Of a stretch of 64,000 nt of DNA, positions 23,801 through 36,320 are shown one piece after another. The DNA comes from Eledone cirrhosa (lineage: Eukaryota), in contig OZ024764.1 of NCBI GenBank assembly GCA_964016885.1, positions 3,224,001 through 3,288,000 of the forward strand. Reading direction: 5' to 3'. The notes beneath the pieces were generated by a model. The model was given only the letters and a program-made list of their open reading frames with translations. It made no database searches and was not told where the DNA came from. A program made the position numbers and the translations under genes. Each line of letters begins with the position of its first letter. The stretch's first letter is position 1.

Positions 23801-26800
23801 TATACAGTATATTGTGGTAGCTGTCCCTCTATACGGCTGCTGTTACATCTAATATAAGGCTGGCTTTGTCTTTTAACGTCCTTAATATACAGTATATTGT
23901 GGTAGCTGTCCCTCTATACGGCTGCTGTTACATCTAATAAAAGGCTGGGTTTGTCTTTTAACGTCCTTAATATACAGTATATTGTGATAGCTGTCCCTCT
24001 ATACGGCTGCTGTTACATCTAATATAAGGCTGGGTTTGTCTTTTAACGTCCTTACTATACAGTATATTGTGGTAGCTGTCCCTCTATACGGCTGCTGTTA
24101 CATCTAATATAAGGCTGGGTTTGTCTTTTAACGTCCTTAATATACAGTATATTGTGGTAGCTGTCCCTCTTTACGGCTGATGTAGCATCTAATATAAGGC
24201 TGGGTTTGACTTTTAACGTCCTTAATATACAGTATATTGTGGTAGCTGTCCCTCTATACGGCTGCTGTTACATCTAATATAAGGCTGGGTTTGACTTTTA
24301 ACGTCCTTAATATACAGTATATTGTGGTAGCTGTCCCTCTATAAGGCTGGGTTTGTCTTTTAACGTCCTTAATATACAGTATATTGTGGTAGCTGACCCT
24401 CTATACGGCTGCTGTTACATCTAATATAAGGCTGGGTTTGTCTTTTAACGTCCTTAATATACAGTATATTGTGGTAGCTGTCCCTCTATAAGGCTGGGTT
24501 TGTCTTTTAACGTCCTTAATATACAGTATATTGTGGTAGCTGACCCTCTATACGGCTGCTGTTACATCTAATATAAGGCTGGGTTTGTCTTTTAACGTCC
24601 TTAATATACAGTATATTGTGGTAGCTGACCCTCTATACGGCTGCTGTTACCTCTAATATAAGGCTGGGTTTGTCTTTTAACGTCCTTAATATACAGTATA
24701 TTGTGGTAGCTGTCCCTCTATACGGCTGCTGTTACATCTCATAAAAGGCTGGGTTTGTCTTTTAACGTCCTTAATATACAGTATATTGTGGTAGCTGTCC
24801 CTCTATAAGGCTGGGTTTGTCTTTTAACGTCCTTAATATACAGTATATTGTGGTAGCTGACCCTCTATACGGCTGCTGTTAACATCTAATATAAGGCTGG
24901 GTTTGTCTTTTAACGTCCTTAATATACAGTATATTGTGGTAGCTGACCCTCTATACGGCTGCTGTTACATCTAATATAAGGCTGGGTTTGTCTTTTAACG
25001 TCCTTAATATACAGTATATTGTGGTAGCTGTCCCTCTATACGGCTGCTGTTACATCTAATATAAGGCTGGCTTTGTCTTTTAACGTCCTTAATATACAGT
25101 ATATTGTGGTAGCTGTCCCTCTATACGGCTGCTGTTACATCTAATATAAGGCTGGGTTTGTCTTTTAACGTCCTTAATATACAGTATATTGTGGTAGCTG
25201 TCCCTCTATACGGCTGCTGTTACATCTAATATAAGGCTGGCTTTGTCTTTTAACGTCCTTAATATACAGTATATTGTGGTAGCTGTCCCTCTATACAGCT
25301 GCTGTTACATCTAATATAAGGCTGGGTTTGTCTTTTAACGTCCTTAATATACAGTATATTGTGGTAGCTGTCCCTCTATACGGCTGCTGTTACATCTAAT
25401 ATAAGGCTGGGTTTGTCTTTTAACGTCCTTAATATACAGTATATTGTGGTAGCTGACCCTCTATACGGCTGCTGTTACATCTCATAAAAGGCTGGGTTTG
25501 TCTTTTAACGTCCTTAATATACAGTATATTGTGGTAGCTGTCCCTCTATACGGCTGCTGTTACATCTAATATAAGGCTGGCTTTGTCTTTTAACGTCCTT
25601 AATATACAGTATATTGTGGTAGCTGTCCCTCTATACGGCTGCTGTTACATTTAATATAAGGCTGGGTTTGTCTTTTAACGTCCTTACTATACAGTATATT
25701 GTGGTAGCTGTCCCTTTATACGGCTGCTGTTACATCTCATAAAAGGCTGGGTTTGTCTTTTAACGTCCTTAATATACAGTATATTGTGGTAGCTGTCCCT
25801 CTATACGGCTGCTGTTACATCTCATAAAAGGCTGGGTTTGTCTTTTAACGTCCTTAATATACAGTATATTGTGGTAGCTGTCCCTCTATACGGCTGCTGT
25901 TACATCTAATATAAGGCTGGGTTTGTCTTTTAACGTCCTTAATATACAGTATATTGTGGTAGCTGTCCCTCTATACGGCTGCCGTTACATCTATTAAAAG
26001 GCTGGGTTTGTCTTTTAACGTCCTTAATATACAGTATATTGTGGTAGCTGTCCCTCTATACGGCTGCTGTTACAACTAATATAAGGCTGGCTTTGTCTTT
26101 TAACGTCCTTACTATACAGTATATTGTGGTAGCTGTCCCTCTTTACGGCTGCTGTTACATCTAATATAAGGCTGGCTTTGTCTTTTAACGTCCTTAATAT
26201 ACAGTATATTGTGGTAGCTGTCCCTCTTTACGGCTGCTGTTACATCTAATATAAGGCTGGCTTTGTCTTTTAACGTCCTTAATATACAGTATATTGTGGT
26301 AGCTGTCCCTCTTTACGGCTGCTGTTACATCTAATATAAGGCTGGGTTTGTCTTTTAACGTCCTTAATATACAGTATATTGTGGTAGCTGTCCCTCTATA
26401 CGGCTGCTGTTACATCTAATATAAGGCTGGGTTTGTCTTTTAACGTCCTTACTATACAGTATATTGTGGTAGCTGTCCCTCTATACGGCTGCTGTTACAT
26501 CTAATATAAGGCTGGGTTTGTCTTTTACCGTCCTTACTATACAGTATATTGTGGTAGCTGTCCCTCTATACAGCTGTTGTTACATCTAATATAAGGCTGG
26601 GTTTGTCTTTTAACGTCCTTAATATACAGTATATTGTGGTAGCTGTCCCTCTATACGGCTGCTGTTACATCTAATATAAGGCTGGGTTTGTCTTTTAACG
26701 TCCTTAATATACAGTATATTGTGGTAGCTGTCCCTCTATACGGCTGCTGTTACATCTAATATAAGGCTGGGTTTGACTTTTAACGTCCTTAATATACAGT

Positions 26801-28385
26801 ATATTGTGGTAGCTGTCCCTCTTTACGGCTGATGTTGCATCTAATATAAGGCTGGGTTTGACTTTTAACGTCCTTAATATACAGTATATTGTGGTAGCTG
26901 TCCCTCTATACGGCTGCTGTTACATCTAATATAAGGCTGGGTTTGTCTTTTAACCTCCTTAATATACAGTATATTGTGGTAACTGTCCCTCTATACGGCT
27001 GCTGTTACATCTAATATAAGGCTGGGTTTGACTTTTAACGTCCTTAATATACAGTATATTGTGGTAGCTGTCCCTCTATACGTCTGCTGTTACATCTAAT
27101 ATAAGGCTGGGTTTGACTTTTAACGTCCTTAATATACAGTATATTGTGGTAGCTGTCCCTCTTTACGGCTGATATTGCATCTAATATAAGGCTGGGTTTG
27201 ACTTTTAACGTCCTTAATATACAGTATATTGTGGTAGCTGTCCCTCTATACGGCTGCTGTTACATCTAATATAAGGCTGGCTTTGTCTTTTAACGTCCTT
27301 AATATACAGTATATTGTGGTAGCTGTCCCTCTATACGGCTGCTGTTACATCTAATAAAAGGCTGGGTTTGTCTTTTAACGTCCTTAATATACAGTATATT
27401 GTGATAGCTGTCCCTCTATACGGCTGCTGTTACATCTAATATAAGGCTGGGTTTGTCTTTTAACGTCCTTACTATACAGTATATTGTGGTAGCTGTCCCT
27501 CTATACGGCTGCTGTTACATCTAATATAAGGCTGGGTTTGTCTTTTAACGTCCTTAATATACAGTATATTGTGGTAGCTGTCCCTCTTTACGGCTGATGT
27601 AGCATCTAATATAAGGCTGGGTTTGACTTTTAACGTCCTTAATATACAGTATATTGTGGTAGCTGTCCCTCTATACGGCTGCTGTTACATCTAATATAAG
27701 GCTGGGTTTGACTTTTAACGTCCTTAATATACAGTATATTGTGGTAGCTGTCCCTCTATAAGGCTGGGTTTGTCTTTTAACGTCCTTAATATACAGTATA
27801 TTGTGGTAGCTGACCCTCTATACGGCTGCTGTTACATCTAATATAAGGCTGGGTTTGTCTTTTAACGTCCTTAATATACAGTATATTGTGGTAGCTGTCC
27901 CTCTATAAGGCTGGGTTTGTCTTTTAACGTCCTTAATATACAGTATATTGTGGTAGCTGACCCTCTATACGGCTGCTGTTACATCTAATATAAGGCTGGG
28001 TTTGTCTTTTAACGTCCTTAATATACAGTATATTGTGGTAGCTGACCCTCTATACGGCTGCTGTTACATCTAATATAAGGCTGGGTTTGTCTTTTAACGT
28101 CCTTAATATACAGTATATTGTGGTAGCTGTCCCTCTATACGGCTGCTGTTACATCTCATAAAAGGCTGGGTTTGTCTTTTAACGTCCTTAATATACAGTA
28201 TATTGTGGTAGCTGGCCCTCTATACGGCTGCTGTTGCATCTAATATAAGGCTGGGTTCGTCTTTTAACGTCCTTAATATACAGTATATTGTGGTAGCTGT
28301 CCCTCTATACAGCCCACAGGTACAGCTAATATAATGTTGGGTCTGTCTCTGGCACCATATGGCCCACAGTTGCAGCTTATAAAAG
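20845..28385. repeat. 85 bp satellite array I (homogeneous core ~21420-28320, degenerate edges)
   Basis: Unit GTCTTTTAACGTCCTTAATATACAGTATATTGTGGTAGCTGTCCCTCTATACGGCTGCTGTTACATCTAATATAAGGCTGGGTTT; roughly 80 core copies. Confidence 0.97.
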
Positions 28386-28584
28386 GTTGACCTATTTTTA
28401 ACATCCGAAGAACTGGGGTCATCTGTCAATGGCACACTCCACCTCCTCCTCTCTCCTCCCCTAAGGCCACACCCTTAAACCTGGAATAAATCAAAGTACG
28501 TATATATGTATGTATATATATATGTATGTATATATGAATATATATATATATGTATATTTATATATGTATATATATATGTGTGTA

Positions 28585-29130
28585 AGTATGTATACGTACA
28601 TAGATATATGTATACAGACGTACAGTAGTATGTATATATATATACATACATGCACATATATATATATGTACGTATGGGTTTACCGGACATTAATTATAAT
28701 GTTCGGTGTGTTTGTAAACAAACATCCCGAATTAAGCCGCACCGTGTTCGGCAACATCATCGCCCTTTTGTTCAACACTGACAAAGGAACAATGAACTAG
28801 TTTCAAGCTTATTAGCTATCGTCAGCATCGTATACCTTCTTTTCCATTTATCGTTTTCGTTACGCCTGGCCGACTAACTCACTCAATATGCAAATTAGGC
28901 TGCTCATCCGTTAATATGCATAAGGAAAGTATATACTTTCAAACGTTCAATCATTTGACAGGAAGGTATACGGTGCCGATGACAGCTAATAAGCTAGAAA
29001 CTAGTACATCGTTCCTTTGTCAGTGTTGAACAAAAGGGTGACGATGGTTGCTAGACACTGTACGGCTTAATTCAGGCTGTTTGTTTACAAACACACCGAA
29101 CATTATAATAAATGTTCGGTAAACCCATAC

Positions 29131-29206
<76 letters not shown>

Positions 29207-29272
29207 ACAGGTATGTATATATATACATACTACTGTACGTCTGTATACATATATGTATGTACGTATACATAC
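28585..29272. mobile_element. Foldback element with ~250-300 bp inverted arms (including mirrored TA-rich tracts) around a ~120 bp core
   Basis: CCCTTTTGTTCAACACTGACAAAGGAAC at about 28763 and its reverse complement at about 29010; TATACAGACGTACAGTAGTATG mirrored at about 29226. Confidence 0.8.
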
Positions 29273-29390
29273 TGATATTTAAGTATCAGCCGTACTAAGA
29301 GTGGGAAATGAAATTTCATTTCATTTATATATATATGTATGTGTGTGTATATATATATATATACATATACACACACATATATATATATAT

Positions 29391-30570
29391 AGGCATAATT
29401 ACGTCTTCAAGAAGATGCTTCACATTGATTCACCTTCGGTGGACATAGCCTTCGCCAGGAGGTGTTGATGTCACCCAGCGGTGTCCTACGTTCCTTGGGT
29501 GTTTCCACCCTCCCGCTGATGGGTCAGCAGCGGTGACCTAATTATTGCCCATCTTCGCCTCCTGTTCTAAAGGCAACAAGAGGCCCTTTCTGTTACCTCC
29601 CCGCATCCTGCCAACTGCAGCCCTATCTCTTCTTGTCATTCCAATGGCAGTGACCATTCTCTATACTGAGTAAGCCGGGAATACCCTGTAGCCCACCTCC
29701 ACCCTCGTTATCTTCTGGGGCTCTCCTTTTTTTGATTTGGGTTTAAAGTGGAGCTTGAGTTTGCAGCGTACGAAACGATGGTCGGTGTGAAATTCGGCAC
29801 TGGGCATCACTCTGCTATGTAAGAGGTCTTTCAGGTCAGATCAGCGCCCTAGGATATAATCAATGATGTGCCAGTGTTTGGAACAAAGGTGTATCCAGGT
29901 TGTTTTCAAACGGTCCTTCTGCTGCAAGATGATCTTCTTCGCAGAACTCCACCAACAAGCATCCTCTGTCATTGCAGTTACCAACGCCTTGTCTCATAAG
30001 CACTGCCTCCCAGGCTGTTGAATCTCGGCCGACGGCGTTGAAATCGTCCACAGAGATGACCTGTAAGAGACTGTGCAGATCAAAATAAAACTTCTTTTTG
30101 TCTGCTTGAAGAGTGTGGTATATAGTTGATTATTGAGTGGAGAGACACAGAGATGATGCGGTCAGAATTACCTGTTGGCAGGTTTTCAAGCTTGGAAGTG
30201 ATAAAACTCCTGACCATGAAACCCACTCCTGAAAGGCGTCCCATTGCTGCTGGTTTACTTGCCCAGTAGAGGGTGTATCTGGTGCCATGGTCTTGTAGGT
30301 GGCCTTCCTCTGGGAAGTGGACCTCACTGAGAGCAGCGATGTCAACATTCAGTGTGGAATTAGAACAGATTGACATACTCTGGGTGACTGTGTCTAGCAA
30401 GGTCCTGAGGTTCCAGCATGTGATTTTTGGTCCATTGAAGGTGGGTGTTTACCTTTTATTCTTTGATGATTTTCGGCCGCATGCAAAGATGCCCATTGAC
30501 CACGGTTTGCCAACTGGGTGGTGTAGGGGACGAGCCGGGGGGAATACCTCCGAAGTGATACTCAGCAAGA
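29391..30570 (-). mobile_element. Internally deleted RTE (BovB-like) LINE: AP-endonuclease region joined to the 3' end
   Basis: Minus-strand remnants CWNLRTLLD, NVDIAALSEVHFPEEG..YTLYW..SGVGF, DDFNA.VG, GVGNCNDRG..LVEFC; frameshifted. Confidence 0.85.
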
Positions 30571-32125
30571 CTCTTTCTCTGAGATAACAGAATGGGCCTG
30601 CCTTTTAACGTCCCTGATATACAGTATACTGTGGTTTAGCACAACTTTTCTAGACCTCTCCCCATATGGAGCAAGCAGTACTGTCCCTAGAGAAGGCTGT
30701 TTCGTCATTCAGGGTGTGCCGAACGAAATTGTCCCCGGATCAAATCAAACGACGAGACCCCCTGCATATAGGAGTGGGACTACTGCTTCCAGTGTTGAAA
30801 ATAAACAATAAAACGTAGGGATTTAATAATAAAATTCAATATGTTTCCTTTTATTCACAAAAAAATATATCTTGTGTAGTTTTTTTTTAAACTCTTCCTA
30901 GTTTTCCCTGCAGCAGCTCTGTTATTATACGGGTGTCCCCTATGAGGTTTTATCGGGTGTTAACGATAGGGTCTACAGCCAACTACACATATATGTTAGG
31001 TAAGTCCGTAATTACTGTTACAGGCGAAGTGAATGTGTTTATGCACATATAAACTCGCATATCTGATGAGATATCGAGGCAGAGCCGGGCCCCTGTCATT
31101 ATGACTGTACCCTGCATCTAGGGTGTGTCCCCTATCAGGTTTTCTCGGCTCTTTTACCGATAGGGCCTGCAGTCCAATTACTCGATCGCCGCCCTCTACA
31201 TATGTTAGGTAAGTGTGTAATTAAAGTTACATGCTGCGTTTTTGCACATATCTGATGAGATATCGAGGTATATATAACGGCCCACAGTTACATCTAATAT
31301 AATGTTAGGTCTGTCTGTCTGTCCATACAACCTGAGATACCTTCTTTACATACTTGAATGTTCTTATTACATTTTTGATACTTAGAACCCTTGATGGTTA
31401 ATTAGATTCTTGGAAGACAGTTGGATTCGAACCTTAGATACTTCGTTTACATTCTTGATATTTAGAGCCCTTGATGGTTACTACATTCTTAGACAACCCC
31501 CAATTACATCTAATATAAGTCTCTGTCTTTTAACGTCCCAGATATACAGTATATTGTGGTAATTACATCTAATATAATGTTGTGTCTGTCTCTCACTCCA
31601 TACGGCCCATAGTTGCAGTTTATAAAAAGGTGGACCTGTCTTATAACGTCCCTGATATGCAGACATCGAATATAAGGAGACCTGTCTTATAATATCGCTG
31701 ATATACAGTATAACGTAATAGCTACCCCTCCATACGGTCTATAGTTATATCTTAAGATAGGCCTGTCTTTTAATGTCCCTCATATACAGTATATTGTGGT
31801 ATCTGTCCCTCCATACGGTCCACAGTTTCAGCTTATAAAAGGTTAGGCCTGTTTTTTAACCTCTCAAGAACTGGGGTCATCTGTCAATGGCACACTTCAC
31901 CGTCCATCAAGGTACGTATTAGTCACATTTGTATCTATATTTTTAAATATATAAAATAATATATGTAAACGGCATAAATGGAAGTAGTTCAGGTGTGAAT
32001 ATATTTTTCATTTGAAAATTGTTAATACGTTGCTGGTCATGTGATATATATGTATTGTTACGGGGTGTAGTTATGGTTGTCAATCGAAAACTGATGGTGA
32101 CTGTCTTGTTCTTCAATTGTGGTTC

Positions 32126-34930
32126 ATTTGGTGACTATACAGGCAGTACATATGTCAACCCTACCTCCTTTGGTGACTGTACAGGCAGTACACATGTCTG
32201 TCTATACCTCCTTTGGTGACTGTACAGGCAGTACACATGTCTGTCTATATCTCCTTTGGTGACTGTACAGGCAGTACACATGTCTGTCTATCTCTCCTTT
32301 GGTGACTGTACAGGCAGTACACATGTCTGTCTATACCTCATTTGGTGACTGTACAGGCAGTACACATGTCTGTCTATCTCACCTTTGGTGACTGTACAGG
32401 CAGTACACATGTCTGTCTATACCTCCTTTGGTGACTGTACAGGCAGTACACATGTCTGTCTATACCTCCTTTGGTGACTGTACGGGCAGTACACATGTCT
32501 GTCTATCTCACCTTTGGTGACTGTACAGGCAGTACACATGTCTGTCTATACCTCCTTTGGTGACTGTACAGGCAGTACACATGTCTGTCTATACCTCCTT
32601 TGGTGACTGTACAGGCAGTACATATGTCTGTCAACACCTCCTTTGGTGACTGTACAGTCAGTACATATGTCTGTCTACACCACCTTTGGTGACTGTACAG
32701 GCAGTACACATGTCTGTCTATACCTCATTTGGTGACTGTACAGGCAGTACATATGTCTGTCTATCTCTCCTTTGGTGACTGTACAGGCAGTACATATGTC
32801 AGTCTACCTCTCCTTTGGTGACTGTACAGGCAGTACATATGTCACTCTATACCTCATTTGGTGACTACACGCAGTACATATGTCTGTCTATCTCTCCTTT
32901 GGTGACTGTACAGGCAGTACATATGTCTGTCTATCTCTCCTTTGGTGACTGTACAGGCAGTACATATGTCACTCTATACCTCATTTGGTGACTGTACAGG
33001 CAGTACATATGTCTGTCTATCTCTCCTTTGGTGACTGTACAGGCAGTACATATGTCAGTCTATCTCTCCTTTGGTGACTGTACAGGCAGTACACATGTCT
33101 GTCTATACCTCCTTTGGTGACTGTACAGGCAGTACACATGTCAGTCTATCTCTCCTTTGGTGACTGTACAGGCAGTACACATGTCTGTCTATCTCACCTT
33201 TGGTGACTGTACAGGCAGTACATGTGTCTGTCTATACCTCCTTTGGTGACTGTACAGGCAGTACATATGTCTGTCTATCTCACCTTTGGTGACTGTACAG
33301 GCAGTACATGTGTCTGTCTATCTCTCCTTTGGTGACTGTACAGGCAGTACATATGTCTGTCTATCTCTCCTTTGGTGACTGTACAGGCAGTACACATGTC
33401 TGTCTATCTCACCTTTGGTGACTGTACAGGCAGTACACATGTCTGTCTATACCTCCTTTGGTGACTGTACAGGCAGTACACATGTCTGTCTATACCTCCT
33501 TTGGTGACTGTACAGGCAGTACATATGTCTGTCTATCTCTCCTTTGGTGACTGTACAGGCAGTACACATGTCTGTCTATCTCACCTTTGGTGACTGTACA
33601 GGCAGTACACATGTCTGTCTATACCTCATTTGGTGACTGTACAGGCAGTACACATGTCTGTCTATCTCACCTTTGGTGACTGTACAGGCAGTACACATGT
33701 CTGTCTACACCTCCTTTGGTGACTGTACAGGCAGTACACATGTCTGTCTATCTCTCCTTTGGTGACTGTACAGGCAGTACACATGTCTGTCTATACCTCC
33801 TTTGGTGACTGTACAGGCAGTACACATGTCTGTCTATACCTCATTTGGTGACTGTACAGGCAGTACACATGTCTGTCTATCTCACCTTTGGTGACTGTAC
33901 AGGCAGTACACATGTCTGTCTATACCTCCTTTGGTGACTGTACAGGCAGTACACATGTCTGTCTATACCTCCTTTGGTGACTGTACGGGCAGTACACATG
34001 TCTGTCTATCTCACCTTTGGTGACTGTACAGGCAGTACACATGTCTGTCTATACCTCCTTTGGTGACTGTACAGGCAGTACACATGTCTGTCTACACCTC
34101 CTTTGATGACTGTACAGGCAGTACATATGTCTGTCTATACCTCCTTTGATGACTGTACAGGCAGTACACATGTCTGTCTACACCTCCTTTGGTGACTGTA
34201 CAGGCAGTACACATGTCTGTCTATACCTCATTTGGTGACTGTACAGGCAGTACATATGTCTGTCTATCTCTCCTTTGGTGACTGTACAGGCAGTACATAT
34301 GTCAGTCTACCTCTCCTTTGGTGACTGTACAGGCAGTACACATGTCTGTCTATACCTCCTTTGGTGACTGTACAGGCAGTACACATGTCTGTCTATACCT
34401 CATTTGGTGACTGTACAGACAGTACACATGTCTGTCTATACCTCCTTTGGTGACTGTACAGGCAGTACACATGTCTGTCTATACCTCATTTGGTGACTGT
34501 ACAGGCAGTACACATGTCTGTCTATCTCACCTTTGGTGACTGTACAGGCAGTACACATGTCTGTCTATACCTCCTTTGGTGACTGTACAGGCAGTACACA
34601 TGTCTGTCTATACCTCCTTTGGTGACTGTACGGGCAGTACACATGTCTGTCTATCTCACCTTTGGTGACTGTACAGGCAGTACACATGTCTGTCTATACC
34701 TCCTTTGGTGACTGTACAGGCAGTACACATGTCTGTCTATACCTCCTTTGATGACTGTACAGGCAGTACATATGTCTGTCTATCTCTCCTTTGGTGACTG
34801 TACAGGCAGTACATATGTCTGTCTATACCTCCTTTGGTGACTGTACAGGCAGTACACATGTCTGTCTATAGCTCCTTTGGTGACTGTACAGGCAGTACAC
34901 ATGTCAGTCTACACCTCCTTTGGTGACTAC
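32126..34930. repeat. 43 bp minisatellite, ~65 copies
   Basis: Unit TTTGGTGACTGTACAGGCAGTACACATGTCTGTCTATACCTCC; period checked at 32171/32214. Confidence 0.97.
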
Positions 34931-36144
34931 ATATTTCAGTGGAAGTTTTGTGTGTCACACTTCAGTCTCCTCGAAGGCTCACTGCTTTGTCTGGATTGTA
35001 AGATCTTCTCTGTGGCCAACGCTTGGCCAGAGGGCCAAAGACATGGAGTGTATTTACATAAGGTCACAAAAAAAGTGGTTTAAATGACATGTCTAACTTG
35101 TATAACCTTCTATGGCTATCGCTCAACTGTAAACAAAGCGGTTTAAAGACATGTCTAACTTCCATCTTCTTGAAGCTTACAGTCCGGAGAGCAGCAAGAC
35201 TCTTTTTCTGTGGAAAAAATGGGCCTGTCTTTTATCGTCCCTCATATACAGTATATTATTGTAGCTGTTACATCTAATGTAAGGATGTGTCTGTCTTTTA
35301 ACGTCCCTTATATACCGTATATTGTGGTAGCTGTCCCTCTATACGGCTGCTGTTACATCTAATGTAATGTTGGGTCTGTCTGTCTTTTAACACCTGATAT
35401 ACAGTATATTGTGGTAGCTGTCCCTTCTAATATAAGGGTGTGTTTGTCTTTTAACGTCCCAGATATAGAGTATATTCGGTAGCTGTCCCTCCATACATGT
35501 AATATAAGGTCTGTTTGTTTCTCTCTTTTAATGTCCCTCATATACAGTATATTGTGTTAGCTGTTCCCCCACACGGCCCACAATTACATGTAATATAACA
35601 ATGGGTCTGTGTTTATGCACATATAAATTTGCATATCTGATGAGATATCGAGGCAGAGCCGGGCCCCTGTCATTATGACTGTACCCTGCATCTAGGGTGT
35701 GTCTCCTATCAGGTTTTCTCGGCTGTTTTTACCGATAGGGTCTGCAGTCCAATTACTCGATCGCCGCCCCCTACATATGTTAGGTAAGTGTGTAATTAAA
35801 GTTACATGCTGCGTTTTTGCACATATCTGATGAGATATCGAGGTATATATAACGGCCCACAGTTACATCTAATATAATGTTAGGTCTGTCTGTCTGTCCA
35901 TACAACCTGAGATCCTTTCTTTACATACTTGAAGGTTCTTATTACATTTTTGATACTTAGAATCCTTGCTATAAAAAGGTGAACCTGTCTTATAACATCC
36001 CTGATATACAGTAGATTGTAATAGCTACCCCTCCATACGGTCTATAGTTACATCTAAAGATGGGGCTGTCTTTTAACGTCCCTGATATACAGTATATTGT
36101 GGTAGCTGTCCCTCCATACGGCCCACTGTTACATCTAATATAAT

Positions 36145-36320
36145 TGTTTCTACTATTGGCACAAGGCCAGCTATTACTCCAGTGTATTACTGGTACTTTA
36201 TTTTATCGACCCCGTAAGGATGAAAGGCAAAGTTAACCTCGGCGGGATTTGAACTCAGACCATAAAGGGCGGTTACTCTGCAAAGCATGGCGTCCGACCC
36301 TCTACCGATACTGCGAACCC
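36145..36320 (-). mobile_element. SINE (family of 14067-14260) with a single copy of the 45 bp head
   Basis: Minus strand reads GCAGTATCGGTAGAGGGTCGGACGCCATGCTTTG..GAGTTCAAATCCCGCCGAGGTTAAC. Confidence 0.85.

Noticed and set aside
31055-31085. CTGATGA motifs at about 31063, 31252, 35636 and 35827 as hammerheads
   Set aside because: No stem II followed by GAAA; the motif sits in a simple ATATCT/AGATAT hairpin
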